Assembly (NCBI GenBank): GCA_964200185.2
Contig: CAXNAD020000069.1
Span: 1-32,703 of the forward strand
Origin: Choristocarpus tenellus KU-1152
Lineage: Eukaryota; Protista; Phaeophyceae
Length of the DNA: 32,703 bases
Direction: 5' to 3'
The position numbers and the translations under genes are program-made. Positions within the stretch are counted from its first letter, which is position 1. Each line of letters begins with the position of its first letter. The notes beneath the pieces were generated by a model. The model searched no databases. It was not told the origin of the DNA and was given only the letters and a program-made list of their open reading frames with translations. Positions 11,062 through 21,456 of this stretch are shown here, piece after piece.

Positions 11062-13229
11062 GGGTCCTTTCCCTTGAGCATTCCCACCTCCAAGATAGAA
11101 GATCGAGTATGACCGTTTCTTGTCGTGTCACAAGCACCACGCCTTCCACTCGCAAAGACGTCGTTAAGTAGTGATGATGTTAGAAGTTTGAGAAGACGTT
11201 GAACTGAACAATCGTACTATTATTATAATAGTAGTATGGTTCTTCAAGAGAGATGGAAATATCTTCTTCTAGAAATGGAACAGAAATATTAGAGGAAATA
11301 GAAAACAAATTCAACAAAGGTGGTAGAGTGTTGGGGGGAATTCTTATGCGAAATGAAAGGAATTCAATTTCAACAATAATAATATTCTGTCCGGCAAACA
11401 AAAGAATGCTAAGTTTAATATCCTACATACCAAAAACGTAGGAAGGAAGTTTATTAAAATTAGACGAATGATGACACCAGATATTGAAAGAGTTATAACT
11501 TGTGAAAGCCCTGACGTTTTGTTCTTTTTCGGTGAATTGGACCTATTTTCGTTCTTTATTCATGCTTATATCTGTGCTATGTTGATGGCATTCGTTCAAG
11601 AAATTGAAGGAATCTAATTTCCATAATATTAATAATCCAACATAACAAACCATTATAATGTTAAGTAATATATGTTGAAGGGACAAATAATAATGAATAT
11701 ATAGGTACATATGAAAGATTTATGAAAGGTTTAATAACGTAAGACAAATCTAGATGCATGATACGTTGAACGCCTCCCAAGGTGTGGAAATCTCCCTGTT
11801 TTTTTTCCTTAGTGTATTGAATCTGTTTCGATTATTTTCTAGTCTACTAAAGTCATTTATATACTTTCTACTACATTATCTTGAAACAGCCCACACAAAA
11901 CGCCTCCTTCTCTTTTGTTCAGATGTAGTTTCATGTAAGAGGAATATTTAATACAGCGAAAATCATCTACTGGGGATTGCTCTCCCCCTTGATTTGTCTC
12001 TCTCTTTGACCTTCCCTCCTGTCGCTCTTCCCGCTCCCCTTCATTACGAAGAACCTGTCGGCTTGTTTCCATCTGTTTCACAAAATATGCCTTCTTTGAA
12101 AAAAGGTTGACCTTCCCACATTTTACAACCAATCGGTGGACGCAATATATATTATTTGTAATATAAAATAAATGTACTATTAATTTCTCCATCCATCCCG
12201 AGTATTATGATAATTGCACCCACTACAAGGGGTCTTTTCATTATATTATATGCCCTTACATTTTGGAGATGTGTCAAGGGGAAAAACAATGAAAACTTTT
12301 CATCCTCGTAGTTATAACCTCAACACCTTCACAGTGAGTGGCGAGAGGGCGCCTCGGCAAGTAAGTGGAACTTTTCCTGGATGAGCTAGCTACGCACATG
12401 GTAAGGGGGAGAGGGGCAGGAGGTTATACCAGGAAGGGGGCTGTCAAATCCCGTCTATGACAAATAGTTTCCGTCAAAACTCAGATAGCCCTATCTAGAC
12501 GGGTCATGCGCTTTAAGCTGGAGACACCATAGAAATGGGCAAGGAGGGGCTTGTTAGATTCGTGGGATGCCTCCCTAATCCCTCACCCTGAAGTACAGGA
12601 CTTAAGCTAGGTTAAAGGTATCGGAAGGGAACGATGTAGCATAACTGGTAGTACAATAGTGAATAGATTCATGTTTTCACATTTATGACAACTGTTACTT
12701 TTTAGTGGTTATCCTGACATGTGAATAGCTTTTGTTGTTTTTTTCCCTGACACATCTGGAAAATGTCAGAGGGCATAACAATACAATAAATTATTACAAT
12801 GGTCACTCACGTTTTTTTGTTTGTAGTTGCTGTCATGGAGAGAACAAGAAAACATGCAGATACTGTGAGGCGAAGCATATGAAGGACAGCAAATCCTGTA
12901 TTGTTATTATAAAGGCGGTGGTGTAGAAACAAGTGATTAAGGAAGTCCCAACAGTATGTCAAACCCCGTTTTGTCCACCACTCCAGTGTCTCTGAGTTGA
13001 AATGTAATGAACACCTTGAGATTGCCACTTCTGCTCTGACTGGCACTTTCAATATATGAGTAGCAACCAGGACGAACAAATGACTTCAACTCTTCTTACG
13101 AGTTGTGGAGAGACAATTATGTACTTCGAAGTACTATGCACCAACTTACAAATCAGAGAATATAACACAATAGCAGAGCCTGGAATTTTTTTTAATAATA
13201 ATTATAACAATAAAATAAAAATATTATAA

Positions 13230-13690
13230 AACTAGAAATAGTGTTATGGGGCGTGGTTCTGTATGATAGGGGGTGATGAGAAACACCAGAGATGAGGTTC
13301 AGATAGGAAGTGAGAGATGAGACTACGGCATGCTGGGCGTATGTTGACAGTCTCAAACTGGAATGCAGATCAATCTTCACTGTGATTGGTACCAACAAGC
13401 CAGAACAGAAAACACAATATGGGACTGGTTTGAATGTACCGTTTATGTTGGGGTTACTGCAAGTCGGTTGTGTGCCTGTACCACACCACATCGCCTGGGC
13501 TGGCCTCAATGGCAAATGTGGTGCGCGCAAATGGATATGACTGCGCACATTATCCTCATCAGAGTCGGGACATCCTAAAAAAGGACCTGACAACAGAAAT
13601 AGTAATAATAATAATAGTAGTAATTTAATTGGAATATTAGTAACAATAATAATAACAATATAAATAACAATAACAAATTTGGTAATAACA
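13230..13690 (+). mobile_element. 5'-truncated, decayed non-LTR retrotransposon 3' end with (AAT)n-like tail
   Basis: Reading across frameshifts gives W-TGLN-RL..G, HR-(W)G-LASMA, KCGA and TAHII. This resembles the C-terminal W..LNRLRTG...WG...C.CG...T..HI zinc-knuckle region of Ingi/Vingi-type LINE ORF2. It is followed by an AAT/AAC microsatellite (~13598-13690). Confidence 0.42.
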
Positions 13691-13748
13691 AAGCCTTCGA
13701 ACAGGTAGCTATGTGTGTTTAATTACTCTTCCTGTTTTTAGATATATT

Positions 13749-14006
13749 GAGGCAAAGTAAACGAGAGCTTCCAAGAGTTTGCCCGTTTTGCATTTAAAAC
13801 CAGCTTTTTGCTTTTTCGCAGTTCACCCATGTTTCTACAAAATTTAAAAGTTCTAAGTTGACTTCTCTATTGTTCGGGACTTTTCGACAAAGTTCAGAAA
13901 ATGTACCCTAGGCATTTGTAAAAAAAGTTCAATTTTGCACATATTTGTAATATTTCTCAGCCATCCATAAAATGCCACTATGAGTACCTCTCGTTTACTA
14001 TGACTC
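13749..14006. mobile_element. MITE (258 bp) nested in the hAT fossil
   Basis: TIRs GAGGCAAAGTAAACGAGAG versus the right-end reverse complement GAGTCATAGTAAACGAGAG match at 17/19 positions. ATT flanks both ends. The body is homologous to 8811-9006. Confidence 0.75.
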
Positions 14007-15035
14007 ATTACATTATCACACCTCAAACGAAAATAAGTAACACTTGCATAAGACAAGTAGTCCAAAGTTTTTGTATAGTATATTGTATTTTTTTGTTCTG
14101 CAATACACTTTTTTGGATGACGGAAATATCTGATGACCGCAAGCTTTGTTCTGGACCAACTCATGCTGTGGACCGAATTAGCTGAAGTGTTGTTGAATAA
14201 CAAGTGTTACTATAGAGCAATTGGTCCTGCGTGCTATCCTGGATAGTGGGTGTTACGGAGAAAACTATCTCAAGGGTTGTCAAGGACAGCAGGCGTTATG
14301 GGTAAATAAATAGGTGTGTTTGCTGGACAACGGAAGTTACTGGCAAGTACATACTGTGGACATATGTTTTTTTTTCATTTTTGCAGTAATACTTCTTTCT
14401 CATCCGATAAATTTCTTCCAGGTACTGCAGTTCTATGCTTGAAAAGATAGAACTATAAGGGTGAAAAACGTTAATCTAAAAGTGGATCGCTTGCTCTGTA
14501 GAAATACTAATTGAACAAAAAGAAACAAGTGCTCTTCTGGACAAAGGGCACTACAGAGCAAACGGGCTGGAACGTTTATTGGACAGCAGACATCATAGAG
14601 CAAAGGGCACCCAACGAGCATTGCCCTGACAGCAGAGAGAGGCTAAGTGCAAGTCTTGTGGCAGACAGATGTTGCAGAGCAACTGGTCCCCAAATATTGT
14701 CTGTCCTAGAAATGGATGCTATAGGATAAAAAATACAGCCTAGACAATATTGTCGCGTGGAAATGATATTGCTGGAGAAACGTGGGCAAATGTCCTGAGG
14801 TATGTAACACTAGCAGCATTGAAAAAAAAAAAAAAACTACATTTTCTGAGGTGTGGAAATAATGGAGCAACTGTTGGTTACATTGTGTTAGAGGCGCTGG
14901 TTTAATTTTTCTGAATATCCTGGCACAGTTTGTACCAAGGTTGTCGTGTAGGAAGCCCATCATTGTGAGCAATACAAAGAATGCAGCTTGTTTCTGTACT
15001 TGCTTCTCGAATCTACCTAGCTTGTTTCTTCTCTA

Positions 15036-15037
15036 CC

Positions 15038-15071
<34 letters not shown>

Positions 15072-15153
15072 CCCCCCCCCCCCCCCCCCCCCCACCCCAA
15101 TCCACACCCCCCCCCCCCNNNNNNNNNNTCTCTAATCCCCCTTTTTTTTTTCT

Positions 15154-15186
<33 letters not shown>
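15036..15186. repeat. Poly-C tract containing a 10-N assembly gap (15119-15128)
   Basis: Directly visible homopolymer runs and Ns. Confidence 0.95.
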
Positions 15187-15191
<5 letters not shown>

Positions 15192-15630
15192 TATCTGAAA
15201 AATCGTCACTTGAAACCATACAAGGAAGGCCTACGTACACATCACCAACAGAAATTATCGGCGACGTTTTTGAAAGCAAGAAATCAATGCCTTCCATACT
15301 GCAGTACAGTAGGCACACATCTGAAATTACTCCTAAACTTGACCTATGAAGGTAGTCTAGAAACAGCAGTGCAAGCAAGATTATCTGAGGTCGGTCAGAC
15401 CCCACCTCACGTGCCTGCCAGACCAGTGTCTCCAGCTCATTAACACCAATCACAGCAAGTGGGAAGTTGTATGGACCGGTACTACTGCATGAACCGCCAG
15501 GGGATATCTACGGCCAGCACTGTTACCTTTGATCTTTGCGATATGTACGTTATTTGTATTTAACGTCAAACAAAGCACTTTTCAATATTGTACAGTCTGT
15601 TGAACAGCATTTGCAGCTATGGAAATGTTT

Positions 15631-15792
15631 CTATCCATTGCATTCACCCAAGTAGTGGTCGCCTATTGTGTACTAGTAACTAGTGCGTCCTCTCAGTAAG
15701 GCCCACACCGCTATCCATTTGCATTCACCTCAGTCATGGTCTCCTATCATGTACTAGTAACGACTACATCTTATCAGCAAGGTTCACAAAGC
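15631..15792. repeat. Diverged tandem duplication, 2 x ~80 bp
   Basis: CTATCCATTGCATTCACC...GTACTAGTAAC...TCAGTAAGG at 15631 recurs as CTATCCATTTGCATTCACC...GTACTAGTAAC...TCAGCAAGG at 15711. Confidence 0.8.
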
Positions 15793-17282
15793 ATGTGTAT
15801 CTCCTGTTCATATTCAATCCATGATCATGAAGTACCTCTGGTATCAACACTACTTCAATCTCTTACAAGCATTCAACAGCAGGAGAGTTCCACTGCAAAG
15901 ATTAGACTTGGACTGTTGCTTACTTTTCATGCCATCTAATAGACCAAGATTTCATGAGTGTTGTGCATCAAGAAACTAGCCAGTACAAAAGCACAGGTAT
16001 ATACATTTAGGGCTAGTGAAAAAATTGACAACTCCCTGCTGCTGTTAGAGGCAACACATTGTCAGCACTGTACGACTTTCCAAACGATAATTAGTACCCC
16101 TTCTATGGACTGTCTTAGATTCTGAGAGAACCGTATCTCTGAGGCATACATGCAAAAAACCAACAATATTTCACTGTGCAGCCAACTCTTATCACTTCAA
16201 TTTATCAATTTTGAAACAAACTGGACACAGCAAACAAGCAGTTGATGCATGCATATACGTGGTCTATTTTCTCGCAATTGTTTGCTCCCAGTTGTTTTGT
16301 GGAAGCAACAGCAGCATTCTCAACACACCTCCATTCAAGGATTCAATGTGAGGGTGAGAAGATGCAACTGTCATCTCTTATCGCGGATTGAGATAAAAAA
16401 GCTTACACAAACATAAAGCATCATACTGCAATTCTAAACACTGAGGTAGAAACTCTGGACAGGTAAACTTAGTCCTAGTCCTGACCTTAAATTGTGAAAA
16501 GGTCAAACTTACCACAAATTGCATTAAGTTTGGCACAATTTTCCTCATCAGGAATAACACCAGAGACGCATATATATATCATAGGCTGTCCATAACTCAG
16601 AAGTAAGTAACAGTTCCATTCTCTTTCTAATGTGCTTATTTTTTACAAGTATTTATTGAGCCCAATCTTCTCAAATTCACCTCATTTGTGTGGGTGAAAC
16701 CCTCTCAACTCACCCTAAATCGCACTTGACACAATGAAACACAGTATAGGGTATTGTTCTACTTAATACCTCTGCTCTATACCCCACCCACACCCCTCTG
16801 TCTACAGTCTCCTGTTATACATGCATTATGGACTCTTGATTGACCTTAGATTTCAACTGTTACTCCTAACCACTTGAATCAAAAAAGCAAAACTCTAGCA
16901 CAACCCTCTAGTGTCTCCAACACAAACAGTCATCACACAGCTGAACGGGCAGATGGGGGGCGCGAGGGGAGAGGAGGGAGGCACCTGTCCAGAGGGACTA
17001 GTACTCGCAACATTGAGACATCAACACCGCAAATTGGCCACGAATTTGTAGGTCAAGCTGTGAAACATTTATACAAGAGTAAACACCAGAAAGCAATTCG
17101 AAGCCCCAAGGATCTTGCCCCGTTGCTTTATGTCTGTAGTTTAAGACTAAAGGTTGTCAGCAAAGTGATGCGGGCAACAGAGACTCCTGATTAACGCAAG
17201 ACTGGGCTGAACAGTGTGGACTCCAACAGGAGGTAGAAATGCTAGGAAATGCAGGTATAATTGAAGTGAAACATGTCTTTTG

Positions 17283-18027
17283 CTACTCTCCCAGGATGGC
17301 ATAGTCACCATTCAGAACATCCTGCACACAGTGTTGCTTGCCCCCACCCCGGGCAGTCTTGCTATACACGGTTTTAATCGCCTCTGCATCCTTGCACGCA
17401 ACCATCGCGCGTCGCCGATGACCAGATTCCGTCTCCCCAGAGATTTCCAGGACCAAGGGGGCTGGGGCTGGGGCTGGGGCGCTCTTGGACTTGGGCTGAG
17501 TCGGGGCTGCGGGTGGGGCCTTGCGTTGGAGCTTCTCCTCCAACTTTGAAGCAGTATCCTTCTCCTCGGACATCATTGGCCTGTTGCCTAGAGCCTGGGT
17601 GGAATGATCGACAAGGAGTATGTATCCAATTGGCCGCGAGATATAGCAATGTATGGGGTAAACATTTCTGAAAAGAATGGGTGACGGTGAAGTTTTAGGG
17701 GTGTGTGTTCCAGTACGACCATTAGAGCGTCTCGCTTAGTAAGTAGTAACCTTGCACCTACAATTACGAAAGCACGACAGAAGGGAAGCTCACGAGTACA
17801 AAAATATTTGCATGTTTACCAGTTGGCGGAATACGACTCACCCCAACTGCATTAGCGGCACCAGTTGAACTCGCGAATACTGCGGCACTGGAGAGCAAAC
17901 CTGCCACGAACTGTTTTCTGTCCATTTGGGACTCATAAGCCATTCGGATACGAGAGCATGTTGGTTGTGTAAAGAACGCCTGGGCACCACAAAAACTTGC
18001 TAACACCACGAGTCCGACAAACTTCAT
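17283..18027 (-). CDS. Nucleus-encoded plastid protein of unknown function, probable thylakoid-lumen targeting, 2 exons, ~165 aa
   Basis: Exon 1 is 18027-17842 (donor GTGAGT). It encodes a signal peptide MKFVGLVVLASFCGAQA, then FF at the cleavage site (ASAFAP-like), a transit peptide, and DRKQFVAGLLSSAAVFASSTGAANA (Tat-like basic pair, hydrophobic core, AxA). Exon 2 is 17594-17283 (CCCAG acceptor, phase 0): ALGNRPMMSEEK...PAPAPAP...HRRRAMVACKD...QHCVQDVLNGDYAILGE*. Confidence 0.75.
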
Positions 18028-18369
18028 GTTGTATTCTTCCAGAGATCAAAGTTTGCACCTCTGTTAACGGAGTGGAAGCCCAAAGCAGACTGTAGCTTCA
18101 AAGGTACCCTTCCCTTGTCCACAACTGAGCAACAGATGTTGAACTTTTTTGAGAATTTCATGATCCATTCGTGCGTCTAAATAATTGCGCGCACGCGATG
18201 ATTTTCATTTTGATGGATATTGTCAAGAGTAAATGGAAACTGTTCCTCCAGTTTGTCGCTAAGCACAAAAAAATGGGAAAGTCAAAACAAGGTGGCTTCA
18301 TTAACTTCACTTTTTACGACCAGCACCAAGGTGAGTTCAGGAGAAGATTCGAGGGTGGAGGCATAGCAA

Positions 18370-18584
18370 AAAACTGAGAACATTCGCTTTGAGTCTGCGT
18401 ACATATTAATACCAGGAATGTCCGAAATATGGCAGGCAAGTTTGTCCACACACGGAAATATTGAGCTCCTCTCCCGCCACCACTTGAGCAGGTTGTTGTA
18501 AGCTCCACTCTCCATATCTAATGTTGGGAGCCCTCCTCCCACAACCTTGAAGACATCAACCTCTATGTGACCTGCTTCCTCCAT
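18370..18584 (-). mobile_element. hAT transposase C-terminal dimerisation-domain fragment (pseudogenic remnant)
   Basis: NLLKWWRERSSIFPCVDKLACHISDIPG...ADSKRMFS matches the hAT dimerisation consensus L.WW......FP.L..LA...L.IP..SA.SER.FS. No upstream catalytic domain is visible. Confidence 0.75.
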
Positions 18585-19057
18585 ATGACTGTATGTTCTA
18601 ATATCCCATCACAATCAGCTGAACTCCACCCACACATTGCAAGGGACGCTCTTACGAACCCATTGTCTCAAGTACGGGAGGGCTGCCTCAGCTCAAGATG
18701 AACAGTAGGTGGGCATGGGCTTGGTTCCACCACTAGAACTCTCAATTCCACCTGTTGACAATGGTCTTCATCAAGTTCATTCTCTCAAATACCGGAAGAA
18801 TTTTGGTTATGGGTTTCAGACAAGTCAGGATCTACTTCCGCATAAAACCCTCTGGGCTGTCTATACTCACACCCTCAGAGTGATGGGCAATATTCCTAAC
18901 CCCAATACTCCGAACCCTAACCGCTCACGAAGGAAAATAGATGTTGTAGTAACCATGGTTACACTGTCCAAATAAGTAGCGCACCCTACATTCACCACCA
19001 CCCTGCATAACTCGCACGCATCACACATGACATGGACACAAGCTCCAAGAGATGCAC

Positions 19058-20770
19058 TCAAGTTGGAAGAACCTTGAGGCATACAAACTGTACAAAAGAA
19101 TCGATCTCTGCATCTATCGCTAACACTGCAGCCCTCTCCTCTGTTGTTGCTGCCCGCATTGCTTCCTCGGTACTATCCTTCCCTAATGAATCTCTTCCCA
19201 GTGGTGCATCTACATTTGACTTCTCCCCAACCTCCTGAGCTACAGTCAAAGCTAATGTGTCCTTCTCCACTTCTGATACAACAGGTCCAGTCCCTCTAGG
19301 CTGAGCTTCTCCCCTATCAGCATCCACGGCTACTGAGCACAGCTCTCCAGTATGTGCCGAGGTATCCCTGCCCTGATTGCATTGATTTTGCGTGTTCTCA
19401 TTTCCAAGCCGGCCCTCATTCTCGCTTTCCTTCCCTGATATTTCGATTCCCTCACGTTCTGGTGTCAGTACTGCTGGAAGTATTGCCATTGCAGACATGG
19501 TTTTGAGGCCAAAAACCTTGCCTAAGAGCTCACTAGCTCCAGGGAGGACAATTATTGTTGTGCCTACAATGGAGTGCAAACATGTTCGAAATTTTTCACA
19601 AAAGTTATGCAAACAATTAGCAAGTGCTGCTGATGGGGTGAGAATCCAAGACAGGACGGGGATTAATCTTACTGAGGATAGGTAGCTCACGATTGGAAGT
19701 ATCTTGTTCTTAACCTCAAAGTAGTAAACCTAATCGTGTAACTGTCGAGCACATAAGCAAAATTTCTGCAGTACGCAGTCATATTGCGCTTCCACGCCAA
19801 AAGAACTACAATGGATCTGGCTTGGGGAGAGGAAAGTATAGTAATACACAGTTTTGATTTCACATGCACACCACTCTTAGAACTCATCGGCTGTAAGTAC
19901 TGGGCCTCCCTCGCTGGAGGTTGGTCCTCGTTAAAAATAGAAGGGTTCGATGTTGAAGATGAAGTTGACTTGCTTATGTCTCTATACACTGTAAAGCAAG
20001 GGAAATAAACAGTCAAACCGTGAGCAACGTTTTTCAATTGCGACTGACCCTTTAATTTGAGTCACTGCAACTACCAACACTCTATGATTTCATTCATGTG
20101 TGTTGCAAGATACTCCAGGACATTTTGATGTTAAAAACAACCATGTAGGTGGTAGCATATCACAAAGCGCTGAATCAGCGGAATCGGGTAGGTAACCCCT
20201 AGGTCGACGACACCATCATTAGAAGGTGTAGGGATCGCACACCCACGATCTCTAAAACTGTAAACGTTGAGTATTTTTCCTTGCCTGTCATGGTAGCCAT
20301 CGTATGAAGGTGCTCTACCAGCCGCGCGGGTCGTACATCCTTGCAAACAAGCAGAAGATCCAGTCTGTTTCCACACCCACTCCGAGCCTTCCCCTCAAGT
20401 GATCTGGTCACCTCATTGACACCCAGCCTCAGTCGTCTCCTTGCCGCTACTTTGAAGGGTCCGCCTGCGAGATGGGAGAAGACACCGAGATATTTCCACG
20501 CATGAAAATAGCCTCGGATCAAGTATTGCAAATAACCCACCGTGTGTCCTACCGTGGCATCTCCTGGAGATGAACGTCCAAGCAGTGAGGCACACCTAGC
20601 ATTGGCTTGATCTCCTTCTCGAGTCTATCTAATATGATATCTCTTTTCCCCTTCCTAGCACTGAGCTGCACTGGGGAATCGTACTTAGAGAAAGAGTCTT
20701 CATGTTCAGCTCCTGGTGTGCGCGGGGGGGGGGGGGCAGCAGGTGGAATGGGGACAGCAATGTTGGACAT
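19058..20770 (-). CDS. L7Ae-fold RNA-binding protein, RNase P/MRP subunit RPP38/POP3-like, 3 exons, ~286 aa
   Basis: Exons are 20770-20596, 20464-20285 and 19563-19058 (861 nt, phase-1 joins). The L7Ae core is RLRLGVNEVTRSLE...LLLVCKDVRPARLVEHLHTMATMTGTTIIVLPGASELLGKVFGLKTMSAMAI, and the terminal helix is IDSFVQFV. Intron 2 is best modelled with a GC donor. Confidence 0.82.
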
Positions 20771-21456
20771 GTTTTGCGACCTGATCAAGATCTGGCGAGG
20801 AAATGGACAACATAGCGACCAAGCGACTTACGTTGTCGTTTAGCCAGGGTTTTTGAGGAATACCGCGGTTGGTCCCTCTTCATTGTCGGATCGAATACAG
20901 TGGTGGACTCAGTACATGAACAGGTTTGAGGAGGGTCCAATAAGGGGTGAGGATTAGATAGAAGTAGTGGGGGAGTGGCTGGTTAATCGTGTGGTAAACC
21001 TAATGTTTCACGCTTTCCAAAAAGTCATTTTTCACAATAAAATAGAATAATAGAGGTACAAGAATTAATGTAAAAATAGCTACGTTACAATAACTTGAAA
21101 ACAAGTGGTGGGCTGAGGGGGTCCATCCCAACACACATAGCTTTCCCCACGCCATCCTCCTAACAAACCTTTGTGCTGTTCGCGTCGCGAATAGCACCGA
21201 ACCAAGTAGTGAAGCGCCAAGCTTCGCTGCCTGGTTCTTACCCCCAACCGGGTCAGAGCAATGGTGAGATGAGCTTAGTTGGTGCTATTTGCAACAGGGA
21301 CATGAGGGCCCTGTGGGGGACCAGTGTTTCTCAGAGTCGGCGAAATGCTTGGCGGGAAACTCAATGACTTAAAAAACCTCTAGAGTTAGATTTACAGTTA
21401 GCGGCTTTTGTGGACTGCATTAGGTGTTGGGTCTTGCTTTGAAGGGCTTAGCCAAG

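Larger units (their letters stand above)
12690..16615 (+). mobile_element. Degenerate hAT-like DNA transposon (BED finger + DUF659-type transposase fossil) with nested insertions
   Basis: Frameshifted motif remnants occur in collinear order: CRYC (~12855) and HL..C (~13012) of a BED finger; RRKLS (~14256); G(W)KNVN (~14459, one base missing); VLFW (~14529); PIIVSNT..ACF (~14956); F*NKL..QL (~16209); and HSRIQ..EKM (~16332). An inverted 11-mer AACTGTTACTT (12690) / AAGTAACAGTT (16605-16615) is a candidate end. Each motif is weak alone and the boundaries are uncertain. Confidence 0.5.

Noticed and set aside
14941-15453. Poly-Pro and poly-Gly ORFs (formin/extensin-like appearance)
   Set aside because: They are translations of the poly-C tract and span an N gap, with no flanking domain.
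17374-17580. Alternative exon 2 frame for the plastid protein using the CAG acceptor at 17580 (ANDVRGEGYC...)
   Set aside because: The frame from 17594 gives a longer, more protein-like product. The alternative is not formally excluded without RNA data.
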